Shown: positions 9,103 through 18,195 of the stretch, in pieces
Position numbering within the stretch: the stretch's first letter is position 1
How the letters are laid out: each line of letters opens with the position of its first letter
Source: a virus
Taxonomy: Duplodnaviria; Heunggongvirae; Uroviricota; Caudoviricetes
Length of the DNA stretch: 36,682 nucleotides
Virus record (IMG/VR): IMGVR_UViG_2609459792_000013
Direction: 5' to 3' (one strand)
The notes under the pieces: model-generated
Told to the model about the DNA's origin: nothing
Seen by the model: only the letters and a program-made list of their open reading frames with translations
Databases searched by the model: none
Program-made: the position numbers and the translations under genes

Positions 9103-9208
9103 CGCGCGGGATGACATAACAGATTGAATTGAAAAATATTGACTAAATGTAAAATGCGAAGGATATTTAGCCCCTCTATGAAGTTTTAGATATGGAAAAT
9201 GATAGGTT

Positions 9209-9499
9209 ATGAAAACGATATATAGCTATGATTACCAATACTTGCCTAAAGGGTCCACAAGACCAATTGATGACGGAGATATAGTAGGCTGTTCGTCAGA
9301 AGAAAATCCTTTTCTTCTACTTCCCAATGTAGGTGATTTTGTCTCTATATGTAATGACAATAGTCGGTCTTCGTTTAGTGGTATTGTTAAAACTAGATAT
9401 TTCACTTATACGAGAATAAGTGAGGAGTGCGTACAATGTTCAATTAATATTGTAGTTGCAGAATCTGATGTAGATTGGGGTACTCTTATTAAAGAATAA
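9209..9499 (+). CDS. Cargo protein (96 aa), cytoplasmic, unknown function
   Basis: AT-rich ORF between cos and Q; candidate promoter upstream (TTGACT at 9140-9145); no recognisable motif. Confidence 0.6.
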   Translation: MKTIYSYDYQYLPKGSTRPIDDGDIVGCSSEENPFLLLPNVGDFVSICNDNSRSSFSGIVKTRYFTYTRISEECVQCSINIVVAESDVDWGTLIKE

Positions 9500-9554
9500 T
9501 ATGGGGCGTCTGCGTAAGTGGGCGCTATTAAAATAAAATGGAATCTTGTAATGT

Positions 9555-10241
9555 ATGGTTAAATTTAATAATAACTTTGATTTTCCATTGGTAACAATAC
9601 TGACGGTGTTGCTATTTATATTGGCATATTTTTTTAAACTTGGTGAGGCCGTTTATTTTGGTTATCCAGCAATACTTATATCATTAGATTTAACGAGTGT
9701 TGCGAATATTTCTTTAAAGCTTTTTTTCTATTTTGGTAGTATTGTTATAGGTGTTTTTAATTTTATTTTGAATGATGGTGCGATTAAACTTAATAAAATT
9801 AAGTATGTTCTTTGGATTTTTATTGCCATAACAATATTTTCAGTTTTTTTAAGTTTTAAGAGGGGGGAGAAAGACTTAGTTAACTATCTTAATGGTGGTC
9901 TTTTTGGTATTTGTTCATGGTTGGTGGTAATGTCGTTGTTCAAAACATTTGAACGAAGTGGTGATTTGATTAATATAGATTTCGTATATGCCATATTAAC
10001 GGTTTTCTTTATGTCAGTTACTAGTTTTCTTGGAGGGATTAATTATCATAATCAGTTTGCATCTGTTCTATGGAAAACCTTGGATGGAAAAATAGTAGTT
10101 GGAGAATATAACGGCAGTTTTGTTTTAAAGAAATGCGTAGATGGCAAAGGGGTTTTTAGCTTTAGAGAGGTAAATGGTAGCGAATTTGTTGAGGTTGTAA
10201 ATTATGTGGAAGGGAAGTTTAATCCAAGGTGCAATAGATAA
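9555..10241 (+). CDS. Cargo membrane protein (228 aa), about five TM helices plus a roughly 60-aa C-terminal soluble domain
   Basis: Hydrophobic stretches LVTILTVLLFILAYFF, ISLKLFFYFGSIVIGVFNFIL, YVLWIFIAITIFSVFLSF, LFGICSWLVVMSLF, FVYAILTVFFMSVTSFLGGI; very AT-rich; ends 25 bp before the convergent Q stop. Confidence 0.7.
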   Translation: MVKFNNNFDFPLVTILTVLLFILAYFFKLGEAVYFGYPAILISLDLTSVANISLKLFFYFGSIVIGVFNFILNDGAIKLNKIKYVLWIFIAITIFSVFLSFKRGEKDLVNYLNGGLFGICSWLVVMSLFKTFERSGDLINIDFVYAILTVFFMSVTSFLGGINYHNQFASVLWKTLDGKIVVGEYNGSFVLKKCVDGKGVFSFREVNGSEFVEVVNYVEGKFNPRCNR

Positions 10242-10266
10242 AGGTGCCAGGGCACCTTTCAAATAA

Positions 10267-11298
10267 TTATTCAAGTTTGTAGGCGTCAAAACTGATAACA
10301 GTTTTACCTAACCATATATTCAATTCTTCAAATCTTTTTTGCAATGATGTTAGTTCATTTCTTACAAAAACATTACTCGCCTTCTCCACATCCCCAAACC
10401 CTCCAACATTATTAGGCATAATCCCCATCATTTGCGGCGGCACGCGGTGCGCAGCCATCATGTCATCCCGGCTCACGTTCTTGATATTCAAAAATTCATC
10501 CTTTGCCGCGACTTCTGACAGAGGAATAATCTGAAGCCCGTCCTTTTTGCCGTTAGGCGAGTACATAAACAGGTTGCGGAAGTTGCCTGGACCTTTGGCG
10601 CTTTTCATCGCGTTGCGGAGGTTGTTCACATCTTCCTGGTTCTGCGCGGCGTCGGTCATATACATGATGAAGCCAGCATGACTGCCGTTAATGTAATACT
10701 TTCGACGGAACAGCGTGGCGGACTCATTGAGCAGGGCGGACGGAATGGCAGAAAGATAGCCGGGCAAGCCGTAGATCTCCTGGTTAATGTCCGGTTCCAT
10801 CAGATGAAAAATGCTGCCTTTCGTGAACTGATATGGCTGGGTTGTCATACCGTATTGCACAAACCAGTAGGTATCCAAGTCTAACCCGCGTCGGGTGTAT
10901 TTTGCCAGCGCAGGCTCAAGGGCGATAACTTCACCGAAGCGGTTCGTGCGTTTCTCCAAGTAGGCGTTACCAAAAACCAAATAGTCCTGCACAAAACGCG
11001 AAAAAGCCTGCTGGCTGAGCAGCGGGTGAGGGATGTAGGTGCTGGTCAAAATATTGCATTTCACCGCAATCGGTGAGCTGTGATGCACGGCGGCGCGGAA
11101 GGTTCGTGCCAGCCCGTCAAAGCTGACGGGCGGCTCATACCAGCGATCCATCTGTACGCATTCCACATAGTCCAGCAGTTCGCGGCGGTCCAGAACAGGA
11201 ACGGGATCACCGAAGCTGAATGCTTCGGCTGAAGTCTGGCTTTTATGCTGGTTCTGGTTCGTCGACGCAGCGCGGTTCTTCTTACTCTTTCCCATCAA
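10267..11298 (-). CDS. Q: Portal protein (P2 gpQ-like)
   Basis: 343 aa, recalled P2 Q similarity; operon with P on the minus strand, start overlapping the P stop. Confidence 0.85.
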   Translation of the reverse strand: MMGKSKKNRAASTNQNQHKSQTSAEAFSFGDPVPVLDRRELLDYVECVQMDRWYEPPVSFDGLARTFRAAVHHSSPIAVKCNILTSTYIPHPLLSQQAFSRFVQDYLVFGNAYLEKRTNRFGEVIALEPALAKYTRRGLDLDTYWFVQYGMTTQPYQFTKGSIFHLMEPDINQEIYGLPGYLSAIPSALLNESATLFRRKYYINGSHAGFIMYMTDAAQNQEDVNNLRNAMKSAKGPGNFRNLFMYSPNGKKDGLQIIPLSEVAAKDEFLNIKNVSRDDMMAAHRVPPQMMGIMPNNVGGFGDVEKASNVFVRNELTSLQKRFEELNIWLGKTVISFDAYKLE

Positions 11299-13061
11299 AA
11301 AATCTCCACAATATTGCTGGCATTGGCGGACTCGCCCTGCAGCGGTTCGTTAAACAGTGCGTGCATTGTTGCCCAGGCCAGATCGGCATGGCTGGCTTCT
11401 TCGCTGCGGCTGGCTTCATAGGTCGGGCGGTTGCCGCTGGCGGTGGTGGCGCGACGGATTGCCATGAATGACTGCGCAATGTCGGTGTGTCCGGCGTCAA
11501 ATTCCAGGCGGCGGTGACTGATAATGTCGTAGGCCTTGAGTACCAGGGCGTTTTTAACGTTGGGGTTGTAGACAAACTCCCGGACGGCAGGAAAAAACGC
11601 TTTCACGTTCTCGTAAACCCCGTGACCGACGCCGGTCGAGTCGATGCCGATATAGGTCACGTTATACTGTTCGGTCAGTTTTTTGATGGCGTCAGCCTGG
11701 GCGCGGAAGTCCATTCCGCGCCACTGGTGACGCTCAAGAATGCGGAACTTACCGCCCTGCACGGCTGGCGGTGCCACCACCACGCATCCGGCGCTGTCGC
11801 CGTTCTGCGTACCTTTTGCCGGGTCATAACCGATCCACACTTCGCGCCAGCCAAACGGGCGCAGGGCCAGTGCATGAAAGTCGGTCCAGACTTCCCAGCT
11901 GTCCACCATGCACGCCTGCAGCTCGCTGAGCGGGAACACGGACGCGAGATCGTCCACGAATTCACACATCAGCAGGTTCTGGTATTCGTCCGGGCTGTAT
12001 TCCATGCGCAACTGGTCAAGGTCGAACAGGTTACAGCCGCCGCGCACCGCATCTTCCACGGTGACTATCTGGCGGTATTGCCCGTCTGCACACAGCAGGC
12101 CTGGAGCCAGATTGCTGTGGGACAGGTCGATGTCCACCTTGTCGGCTTTATTGCGCCCACGGTTGAATAGCGCACCGGACCAGAACGGATAAGCACTGTG
12201 TGTCAGGCTGGATGGCGTGGAAAAATAGGTTTGTCGCCATTTTTTGTGAATAGCCATACCGGAAGCCACTTTGCGCAGCTCCTGGAATTTCGGGATCCAG
12301 AAATATTCATCCAGATACAGGTTGCCGTGGTAACTCTGGGCCGTGCGGGCATTGGTGCCGAGGAAATACAGTGTGGCCCCGTTGGGAAGCACCATCGGAT
12401 CGCCTTTCAGCTCCACTTCCACTTCTTTGGCGAAGTCGATGATGTACTGCTTAAAGACGTGGGCCTGTGCCTTGCTGGCGGAAAGGAAAATCTGGTTACG
12501 TCCGGTAAGCAGAGCGTCAATCAGGGCTTCACGGGCAAAGTAAAAGGTCGCGCCGATCTGGCGTGACTTCAGCAGGTTGCGGATGCGGTTGGTTTTTCCG
12601 GCTTCCCACCAGTGGCGCTGGTAGTTGAACATGGAGGAATGGAAGATTTCTTCCAGCTTCTCAATCTGCTCATCGGTGAAAACATTCTTTTCCGGCTGAC
12701 GGCGCGGGCCTTTGTTGCGGTTGGCGACGTTAGGGTTTAAGTCGGCTTCGTTGCCGCCATTGTTAAACTTGCCGATCCGCGCGTGGCGTTCCGACTGGCG
12801 CGCCAGCAGGTCAATCTCTTTGAAATCTTTCCCTTCTTTGTGCTCCTTCATAATGAGCTGGCAGTAGCGTGCGGCGGTGGTGAGCTGCATCTGATCCAGC
12901 GGCCCATAGTCACCCCACTTGTCGCGTTTCTTCCAGCTGTGAACGGTTGCAACTTTCTCGCCCAGCATTTCAGCAATGCGGGCTACACGGTATCCCTGAA
13001 AGTACAGCAGCATGGCCTGCCGACGGGGATCGAGATCTGCGGGTGTCAGTGTGGTGTTCAT
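11295..13061 (-). CDS. P: Terminase large (ATPase) subunit (P2 gpP-like)
   Basis: 588 aa in the position and orientation of P2 P; an alternative start at 13013 is possible. Confidence 0.85.
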   Translation of the reverse strand: MNTTLTPADLDPRRQAMLLYFQGYRVARIAEMLGEKVATVHSWKKRDKWGDYGPLDQMQLTTAARYCQLIMKEHKEGKDFKEIDLLARQSERHARIGKFNNGGNEADLNPNVANRNKGPRRQPEKNVFTDEQIEKLEEIFHSSMFNYQRHWWEAGKTNRIRNLLKSRQIGATFYFAREALIDALLTGRNQIFLSASKAQAHVFKQYIIDFAKEVEVELKGDPMVLPNGATLYFLGTNARTAQSYHGNLYLDEYFWIPKFQELRKVASGMAIHKKWRQTYFSTPSSLTHSAYPFWSGALFNRGRNKADKVDIDLSHSNLAPGLLCADGQYRQIVTVEDAVRGGCNLFDLDQLRMEYSPDEYQNLLMCEFVDDLASVFPLSELQACMVDSWEVWTDFHALALRPFGWREVWIGYDPAKGTQNGDSAGCVVVAPPAVQGGKFRILERHQWRGMDFRAQADAIKKLTEQYNVTYIGIDSTGVGHGVYENVKAFFPAVREFVYNPNVKNALVLKAYDIISHRRLEFDAGHTDIAQSFMAIRRATTASGNRPTYEASRSEEASHADLAWATMHALFNEPLQGESANASNIVEIF

Positions 13062-13107
13062 GGCACAAACCTACAGCCTTGAATGAAGGCTTTCCCCGCC
13101 TGCGGTT

Positions 13108-13125
13108 TGTGTGGTAGTCGGTACA
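13108..13125. promoter_or_regulatory. Late-promoter activator dyad TGT-N12-ACA in the P/O divergent region
   Basis: TGTGTGGTAGTCGGTACA matches the dyad I recall as the Ogr/B-type late activator site (upstream of sigma70 late promoters). Centre is 87.5 bp from the O ATG and 55.5 bp from the P ATG. Confidence 0.55.
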
Positions 13126-13203
13126 AATACCGCGCATTGTTTCACTGCCCCCATCACCGCAACCATAAGGCTCCAGTAAGTTTTTTCTAACGGAGCACGG
13201 CTC

Positions 13204-14037
13204 ATGACAGTGAAAGCAAAGCGTTTTCGCATCGGGGTGGAAGGTGCCACCACCGACGGACGCGAAATCCAGCGTGAATGGCTGGAACAGATGGCAGCCA
13301 GCTACAACCCGGCGGTGTACACCGCGCTGATTAACCTTGAGCACATCAAGTCTTATCTGCCGGACAGCACCTTTAACCGCTACGGCAAGGTGACGGCGCT
13401 GTTTGCTGAAGAAATCACGGAAGGCCCGCTGGCGGGCAAGATGGCACTGTATGCCGACGTTGAGCCAACGGAGTCCCTGGTGGAACTGGTGAAAAAAGGC
13501 CAGAAATTATTCACCTCTATGGAAGTCAGCCCGAAGTTTGCAGATACGGGCAAAGCCTACCTGGTCGGCCTGGCTGCTACAGATGACCCTGCCAGTCTGG
13601 GCACTGAAATGCTGACATTCAGCGCCAGTGCAGCCCATAACCCGCTGGCAAACCGCAAGCAGAATCCTGCCAATCTTTTTACCGCTGCAGAGGAAACGGT
13701 GATCGAACTGGAAGAAGTCCAGGACGAAAAACCATCCCTGTTTGCCCGTGTCACGGCGCTGTTCACCAAAAAAGAGCAATCCGATGATGCCCGGTTCTCT
13801 GATGTGCATAAGGCCGTGGAGCTGGTCGCCACTGAGCAGCAAAACCTGAGTGCGCGCACCGAAAAATCCCTGTCTGAACAGGAAGAACGCCTGTCTGAGC
13901 TGGAGACAGCCCTGCAGGCACAGCTGACCGCCTTTAACGAACTGGTGGACAAGTTGAGCCATGAAGACAGCCGCCAGGACTACCGCCAGCGTGCAACAGG
14001 CGGTAACGCCCCCGCTGACACTCTGACCAATTGCTGA
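13204..14037 (+). CDS. O: Capsid scaffolding protein (gpO-like)
   Basis: 277 aa, first gene of the rightward late operon, acidic coiled-coil C-terminal half. Confidence 0.85.
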   Translation: MTVKAKRFRIGVEGATTDGREIQREWLEQMAASYNPAVYTALINLEHIKSYLPDSTFNRYGKVTALFAEEITEGPLAGKMALYADVEPTESLVELVKKGQKLFTSMEVSPKFADTGKAYLVGLAATDDPASLGTEMLTFSASAAHNPLANRKQNPANLFTAAEETVIELEEVQDEKPSLFARVTALFTKKEQSDDARFSDVHKAVELVATEQQNLSARTEKSLSEQEERLSELETALQAQLTAFNELVDKLSHEDSRQDYRQRATGGNAPADTLTNC

Positions 14038-14053
14038 TGGAGCACAAAACCTG

Positions 14054-15112
14054 ATGAAGAAGAATACCCGCTTTGCTTTTAACGCTTACCTGCAGCAGCT
14101 GGCGCGTCTGAACGGTGTGGCAGTTGAAGAACTGTCCAGCAAGTTCACCGTGGAGCCGTCTGTGCAGCAGACGCTGGAAGACCAGATCCAGCAGTCCGCC
14201 GCTTTCCTGACGCTGATTAACGTCACGCCAGTGACTGAGCAGTCCGGTCAGCTGCTGGGGCTGGGTGTTGGCAGCACCATTGCCGGAACCACTGACACCA
14301 CCGCGAAAGAGCGTGAACCTGTCGATCCGACGCTGATGGTCGATGTGGAATACAAATGCGAACAGACCAACTTTGACACGGTGCTGACCTACGCGAAGCT
14401 GGACCTGTGGGCGAAGTTTCAGGATTTCCAGGTGCGTATCCGTGACGCCATCGTGAAACGTCAGGCACTGGACCGCATCATGATCGGCTTTAACGGCGTG
14501 AAGCGTGCGAAAACCTCCAACCGTAGTGAAAACCCGCTGCTGCAGGATGTGAACAAAGGCTGGCTGCAGAAAATCCGTGAGGATGCACCGGATCACGTCA
14601 TGGGCAGCACCACCACGGGTGGTGAAACCACACCGGGCGCGGTGAAAGTCGGGAAAGGTGGCGAATATGCCAACCTAGACGCCGTGGTGATGGATGCTGT
14701 CAATGAGCTTATCGACGTGGTCTACCAGGACGATGACGATCTGGTGGTGATTTGCGGTCGTGAGCTGCTGTCTGACAAGTATTTCCCGCTGGTCAACAAA
14801 GAGCAGGAAAACAGTGAAAAACTGGCTGCCGATATGATCATCAGCCAGAAACGCATGGGGGGCCTGCAGGCCGTGCGTGCGCCGTTCTTCCCGCCGAATG
14901 CACTGCTGATTACCCGTCTGGATAACCTGTCCATTTACTGGCAGGAAGATACCCGCCGCCGTTCAGTTATCGACAACCCGAAACGTGACCGGATTGAAAA
15001 TTTTGAATCCGTTAATGAAGCCTACGTGGTTGAGGACTACCGCTGCGCCGCACTGGTGGAAAACATCCAGATTGGCGACTTCAGCGCCGCCGCAGCAGAA
15101 GCCGGAGCGTAA
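14054..15112 (+). CDS. N: Major capsid protein (gpN-like)
   Basis: 352 aa; N-terminus TRFAFNAYL...KFTVEPSV matches recalled P2 N. Confidence 0.9.
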   Translation: MKKNTRFAFNAYLQQLARLNGVAVEELSSKFTVEPSVQQTLEDQIQQSAAFLTLINVTPVTEQSGQLLGLGVGSTIAGTTDTTAKEREPVDPTLMVDVEYKCEQTNFDTVLTYAKLDLWAKFQDFQVRIRDAIVKRQALDRIMIGFNGVKRAKTSNRSENPLLQDVNKGWLQKIREDAPDHVMGSTTTGGETTPGAVKVGKGGEYANLDAVVMDAVNELIDVVYQDDDDLVVICGRELLSDKYFPLVNKEQENSEKLAADMIISQKRMGGLQAVRAPFFPPNALLITRLDNLSIYWQEDTRRRSVIDNPKRDRIENFESVNEAYVVEDYRCAALVENIQIGDFSAAAAEAGA

Positions 15113-15115
15113 CCC

Positions 15116-15766
15116 ATGAGCCTGAGTCCCGCACGGCAGCATCGCCTGCGCGTTCAGGCTGAACAGGCCGCCCGTGAGGGCGGCAGCGTTCGCCACGCGT
15201 CGGGCTATGACCTGATGCTGCTGCAACTGGCAGAAGACCGCCGCCGTCTCAAGGGCGTTCAGTCCACGGTCAAAAAAGCGGAAATAAAGGTGGAGCTGCT
15301 GCCGAAATATGCCGCCTGGGCGGAGGGCGTCCTGGCTGCCGGAGGCGCTCAACAGGATGACGTGCTGATGTATGTGATGCTGTGGCGCATTGATGCCGGA
15401 GATTATGCCGGGGCGCTGGAGATCGGGCGTCATGCCCTGCGTCATGGCTGGGTGATGCCGCTGGGTAACCGCAACGTGCAGACCGTGCTGGCAGAGGAAA
15501 TGGCAGATGCAGCGCAGAGCGCAATGCTTGCCGCCACCGGCTTTGATGCCGATCTGTTGCTGCAGACGCTGGAGCTGACAGACGGTCTGGATATGCCGGA
15601 CCAGTCACGGGCGCGTCTGCATAAAGCGATTGGCGCTGTCCTGAGTGAAAGCAATCCGGCTTCCGCCCTTAATCATCTCAACCATGCGTTACAGCTCGAT
15701 CCCCGCTGTGGCGTGAAAAAAGACAAACAGCAGCTGGAGCGCAGACTGCGCAATGACAGCCGCTGA
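15116..15766 (+). CDS. M: Terminase small (endonuclease) subunit (gpM-like)
   Basis: 216 aa; GAQDDVLMYVMLWRIDAGDYAGALEI matches recalled P2 M. Confidence 0.85.
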   Translation: MSLSPARQHRLRVQAEQAAREGGSVRHASGYDLMLLQLAEDRRRLKGVQSTVKKAEIKVELLPKYAAWAEGVLAAGGAQQDDVLMYVMLWRIDAGDYAGALEIGRHALRHGWVMPLGNRNVQTVLAEEMADAAQSAMLAATGFDADLLLQTLELTDGLDMPDQSRARLHKAIGAVLSESNPASALNHLNHALQLDPRCGVKKDKQQLERRLRNDSR

Positions 15767-15860
15767 CAGAACGTGCCCCGCGCACGGGCGGCACGGGGTG
15801 GCGAAAGGCACTGCCACATCAAAACCCCGTCCACCGCCCTTTATTTCAGGAGAAAGCAGC

Positions 15861-16325
15861 ATGAAGTTTGTTGCGCCAGAACAGGCACCGGAACAGGCGG
15901 AAATCATCAGAAATACGCCGTTCTGGCCTGATGTGGACCTGTCGGAGTTTCGCAGTGTCATGCGCACTGACGGCACGGTGACGCAGCCGCGTTTAAAGCA
16001 GGTTGCGCTGTCGGCAATTTCGGAGGTCAACGCAGAGCTGTATGAGTTTCGCAGACGTCAGCAGATGCTGGGATATGCCTCGCTGGCAGAGGTTCCGGCT
16101 GAACAGCTGGACGGCAAAAGTGAGCGCATTCATCACTATTTCAACGCGGTTTACTGCTGGGCACGCGCCATGCTCAACGAGCGTTATCAGGACTATGACG
16201 CCACGGCATCCGGTGTGAAGCGGGGCGAGGAACTGGCGGAATCCAGCGGTGATTTGTGGCGTGACGCCCGCTGGGCCATCAGCCGGGTGCAGGATGCGCC
16301 GCACTGCACAGTGGAGCTTATCTGA
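15861..16325 (+). CDS. L: Head completion/stabilisation protein (gpL-like)
   Basis: ATG at 15861 with AGGAGA RBS (track ORF starts earlier at 15753); 154 aa; position after M. Confidence 0.8.
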   Translation: MKFVAPEQAPEQAEIIRNTPFWPDVDLSEFRSVMRTDGTVTQPRLKQVALSAISEVNAELYEFRRRQQMLGYASLAEVPAEQLDGKSERIHHYFNAVYCWARAMLNERYQDYDATASGVKRGEELAESSGDLWRDARWAISRVQDAPHCTVELI

Positions 16326-16528
16326 TGAAAGTGCGTGCGCATCAGTATGACACGGTGGACGCGCTTTGCTGGCGTCAGTACGGGCGCACGCAGGGTGTCA
16401 CGGAGCAGGTACTGAAGGCAAATCCGGGGCTTGCCGAATATGGCCCCTTTTTACCTCACGGGCTGCAGGTGGAGCTGCCGGACATTCCGACCACCACCAC
16501 CGTGCAGACCGTCCAGCTATGGGACTGA
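16325..16528 (+). CDS. X: Tail protein X (gpX-like)
   Basis: 67 aa; start overlaps the L stop (ATGA); matches recalled P2 X. Confidence 0.8.
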   Translation: MKVRAHQYDTVDALCWRQYGRTQGVTEQVLKANPGLAEYGPFLPHGLQVELPDIPTTTTVQTVQLWD

Positions 16529-16531
16529 ATT

Positions 16532-16747
16532 ATGACGCTTGAGCGAATCAGCGCCTTTATCACGTACTGCATCGCCGTTGTGCTGGCCTGGCTGGGCGAT
16601 TTGTCCATCAAGGATGCCTCAACGCTGGGCGGCCTGATGATTGGTGTGCTGATGCTGGCTATCAACTGGTACTACAAACACAAAGCCTACCAGCTTCTGC
16701 GCGACGGGCAGATCTCGCGGGAGGACTATGAATCCATCAATCGTTAA
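16532..16747 (+). CDS. Holin, two TM domains (class II, pinholin-like)
   Basis: 71 aa with two hydrophobic helices and a charged C-terminus; immediately upstream of a SAR-type endolysin. Confidence 0.7.
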   Translation: MTLERISAFITYCIAVVLAWLGDLSIKDASTLGGLMIGVLMLAINWYYKHKAYQLLRDGQISREDYESINR

Positions 16748-17243
16748 ACGCTGCCTTGTCGGGGCCGTGCTGGCTATTGCTGCCACGCTGCCGGGTTTTC
16801 AGCAGCTTCACACCTCCGTGGAGGGGCTGAAACTGATTGCAGATTACGAAGGCTGTCGTCTGCAGCCGTATCAGTGCAGCGCGGGCGTCTGGACCGACGG
16901 CATTGGTAACACGTCAGGCGTCATTCCCGGCAAAACCATTACGGAACGACAGGCAGCTGAAGGGCTGATCTCCAACGTGCTACGAGTGGAGCGGGCGATG
17001 GAAAGGTGTGTGAAGCAACAGCCGCCGCAGAAGGTGTATGACGCTACGGTGTCGTTTGCCTTCAACGTGGGGACGGGCAATGCCTGCAGTTCCACACTGG
17101 TGAAATTACTCAATCAGCGGCGCTGGGCGGATGCGTGCCGACAGTTGCCGCGCTGGGTTTATGTAAAAGGTGTTTTTAATCAGGGGCTGGATAACCGCCG
17201 TGCGCGGGAGATGGCCTGGTGCCTTAAAGGAGCTGGACTATGA
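16728..17243 (+). CDS. Endolysin, lysozyme (GH24-like) with N-terminal SAR signal-anchor
   Basis: Weakly hydrophobic Gly/Ala-rich N-terminus (LVGAVLAIAATLPG), then catalytic-region motif EGLKLIADYEGCRLQPYQCSAGVWTDGIGNT typical of phage 21-type lysozymes. Confidence 0.85.
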   Translation: MNPSIVKRCLVGAVLAIAATLPGFQQLHTSVEGLKLIADYEGCRLQPYQCSAGVWTDGIGNTSGVIPGKTITERQAAEGLISNVLRVERAMERCVKQQPPQKVYDATVSFAFNVGTGNACSSTLVKLLNQRRWADACRQLPRWVYVKGVFNQGLDNRRAREMAWCLKGAGL

Positions 17244-17668
17244 CGCGTGCTCTGGCAGTAGTGGTGGCGCTGGCACTCGTTGCGCTGGGCTGGCAGTCGA
17301 GGCGGCTTAACAGCGCCAGCCACACCATCGAAACGCAGCGCGCGGCGCTGAAAAGTAAAGCGCAGGAACTAACGAAGAAAAATAGCCAGCTGATCGGTCT
17401 GTCCATTCTGGCTGAAACCAACAACCGGGAGCAGGCGCGGCTCTATGCCGACGCAGAACAGACCAGCGCACTGCTGAGACAACGACAACACCGGATTGAG
17501 GAACTGAAACGTGAGAACGAGGATTTACGCCGCTGGGCTGATACTCCTTTGCCTGCTGACATTATCCGGCTGCGGGAACGCCCCACGCTCACCGGAGGTG
17601 CAGCTTACCGTCAGTGGTTGTCCGCGAGTGACGCCGTGTCGGCTGGAGCAGGCAGCGCCGCGCACTAA
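17240..17668 (+). CDS. i-spanin (Rz/LysB-like)
   Basis: N-terminal TM anchor plus a charged coiled-coil periplasmic domain; directly after the endolysin. Confidence 0.75.
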   Translation: MTRALAVVVALALVALGWQSRRLNSASHTIETQRAALKSKAQELTKKNSQLIGLSILAETNNREQARLYADAEQTSALLRQRQHRIEELKRENEDLRRWADTPLPADIIRLRERPTLTGGAAYRQWLSASDAVSAGAGSAAH

Positions 17669-17801
17669 TGGTGATCTGAACGCGTTGCTGGATGAAACGG
17701 AGGCTGCCTGGGCGGTCTGTGCAGACAAAGTGGACATGATTATTGCGTGTCAGGAGCGAAACAGTGAACAAACCACAATCCCTGCGCCACGCCCTCAATA
17801 A
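17511..17801 (+). CDS. o-spanin (Rz1/LysC-like lipoprotein), overlapping the i-spanin in another frame
   Basis: Lipoprotein signal with lipobox LTLSGC and a Pro-rich mature part; starts inside the i-spanin gene and extends past its stop. Confidence 0.7.
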   Translation: MRTRIYAAGLILLCLLTLSGCGNAPRSPEVQLTVSGCPRVTPCRLEQAAPRTNGDLNALLDETEAAWAVCADKVDMIIACQERNSEQTTIPAPRPQ

Positions 17802-18195
17802 AGCGGTGCCTTATGTCCGCAATAACCCGGACAAACTGCATCTGTTTGTGGATAACGGTTCGCTGGTTGCCACGGGGGCCAGCTCCATGTCGTGGGAGTA
17901 CCGTTACACACTGAACGCGGTGATTGAGGATTTCAGCGGCGACCAGAATCTGCTGATGGCCCCGGTTTTGCTGTGGCTGAGGGATAACCAGCCCGATGCC
18001 ATCAATAACCCGGCGTTACGGGAAAAGCTATTCACCTTTGAGGTGGATATTCTGCGCAACGATGTCTGTGATATCAGCCTGAACCTGCAACTGACGGAAC
18101 GTGTGCTGGTCAGCACTGACGGCAGTGTGTCGAGCGTTGAAGCTATAGCGGAACCTGATGCATCTGAAGAAATGTGGGCGGTGAAACGTGGCTGA
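17764..18195 (+). CDS. R: Tail completion protein R (gpR-like)
   Basis: GTG at 17764 with AGGAG RBS (track ORF starts at a TTG at 17743); called from recalled P2 R similarity and position. Confidence 0.8.
   Translation: MNKPQSLRHALNKAVPYVRNNPDKLHLFVDNGSLVATGASSMSWEYRYTLNAVIEDFSGDQNLLMAPVLLWLRDNQPDAINNPALREKLFTFEVDILRNDVCDISLNLQLTERVLVSTDGSVSSVEAIAEPDASEEMWAVKRG

Noticed and set aside
11487-12566. Several plus-strand ORFs of 66-227 aa inside the terminase P gene
   Set aside because: They lie entirely antisense within a well-supported long gene in GC-rich DNA, where stop-free antisense frames are common; no RBS or independent support.
13138-13155. Second possible late-activator half-site (TGT...ATC) between P and O
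   Set aside because: Only one half of the TGT-N12-ACA dyad is present; treated as chance.
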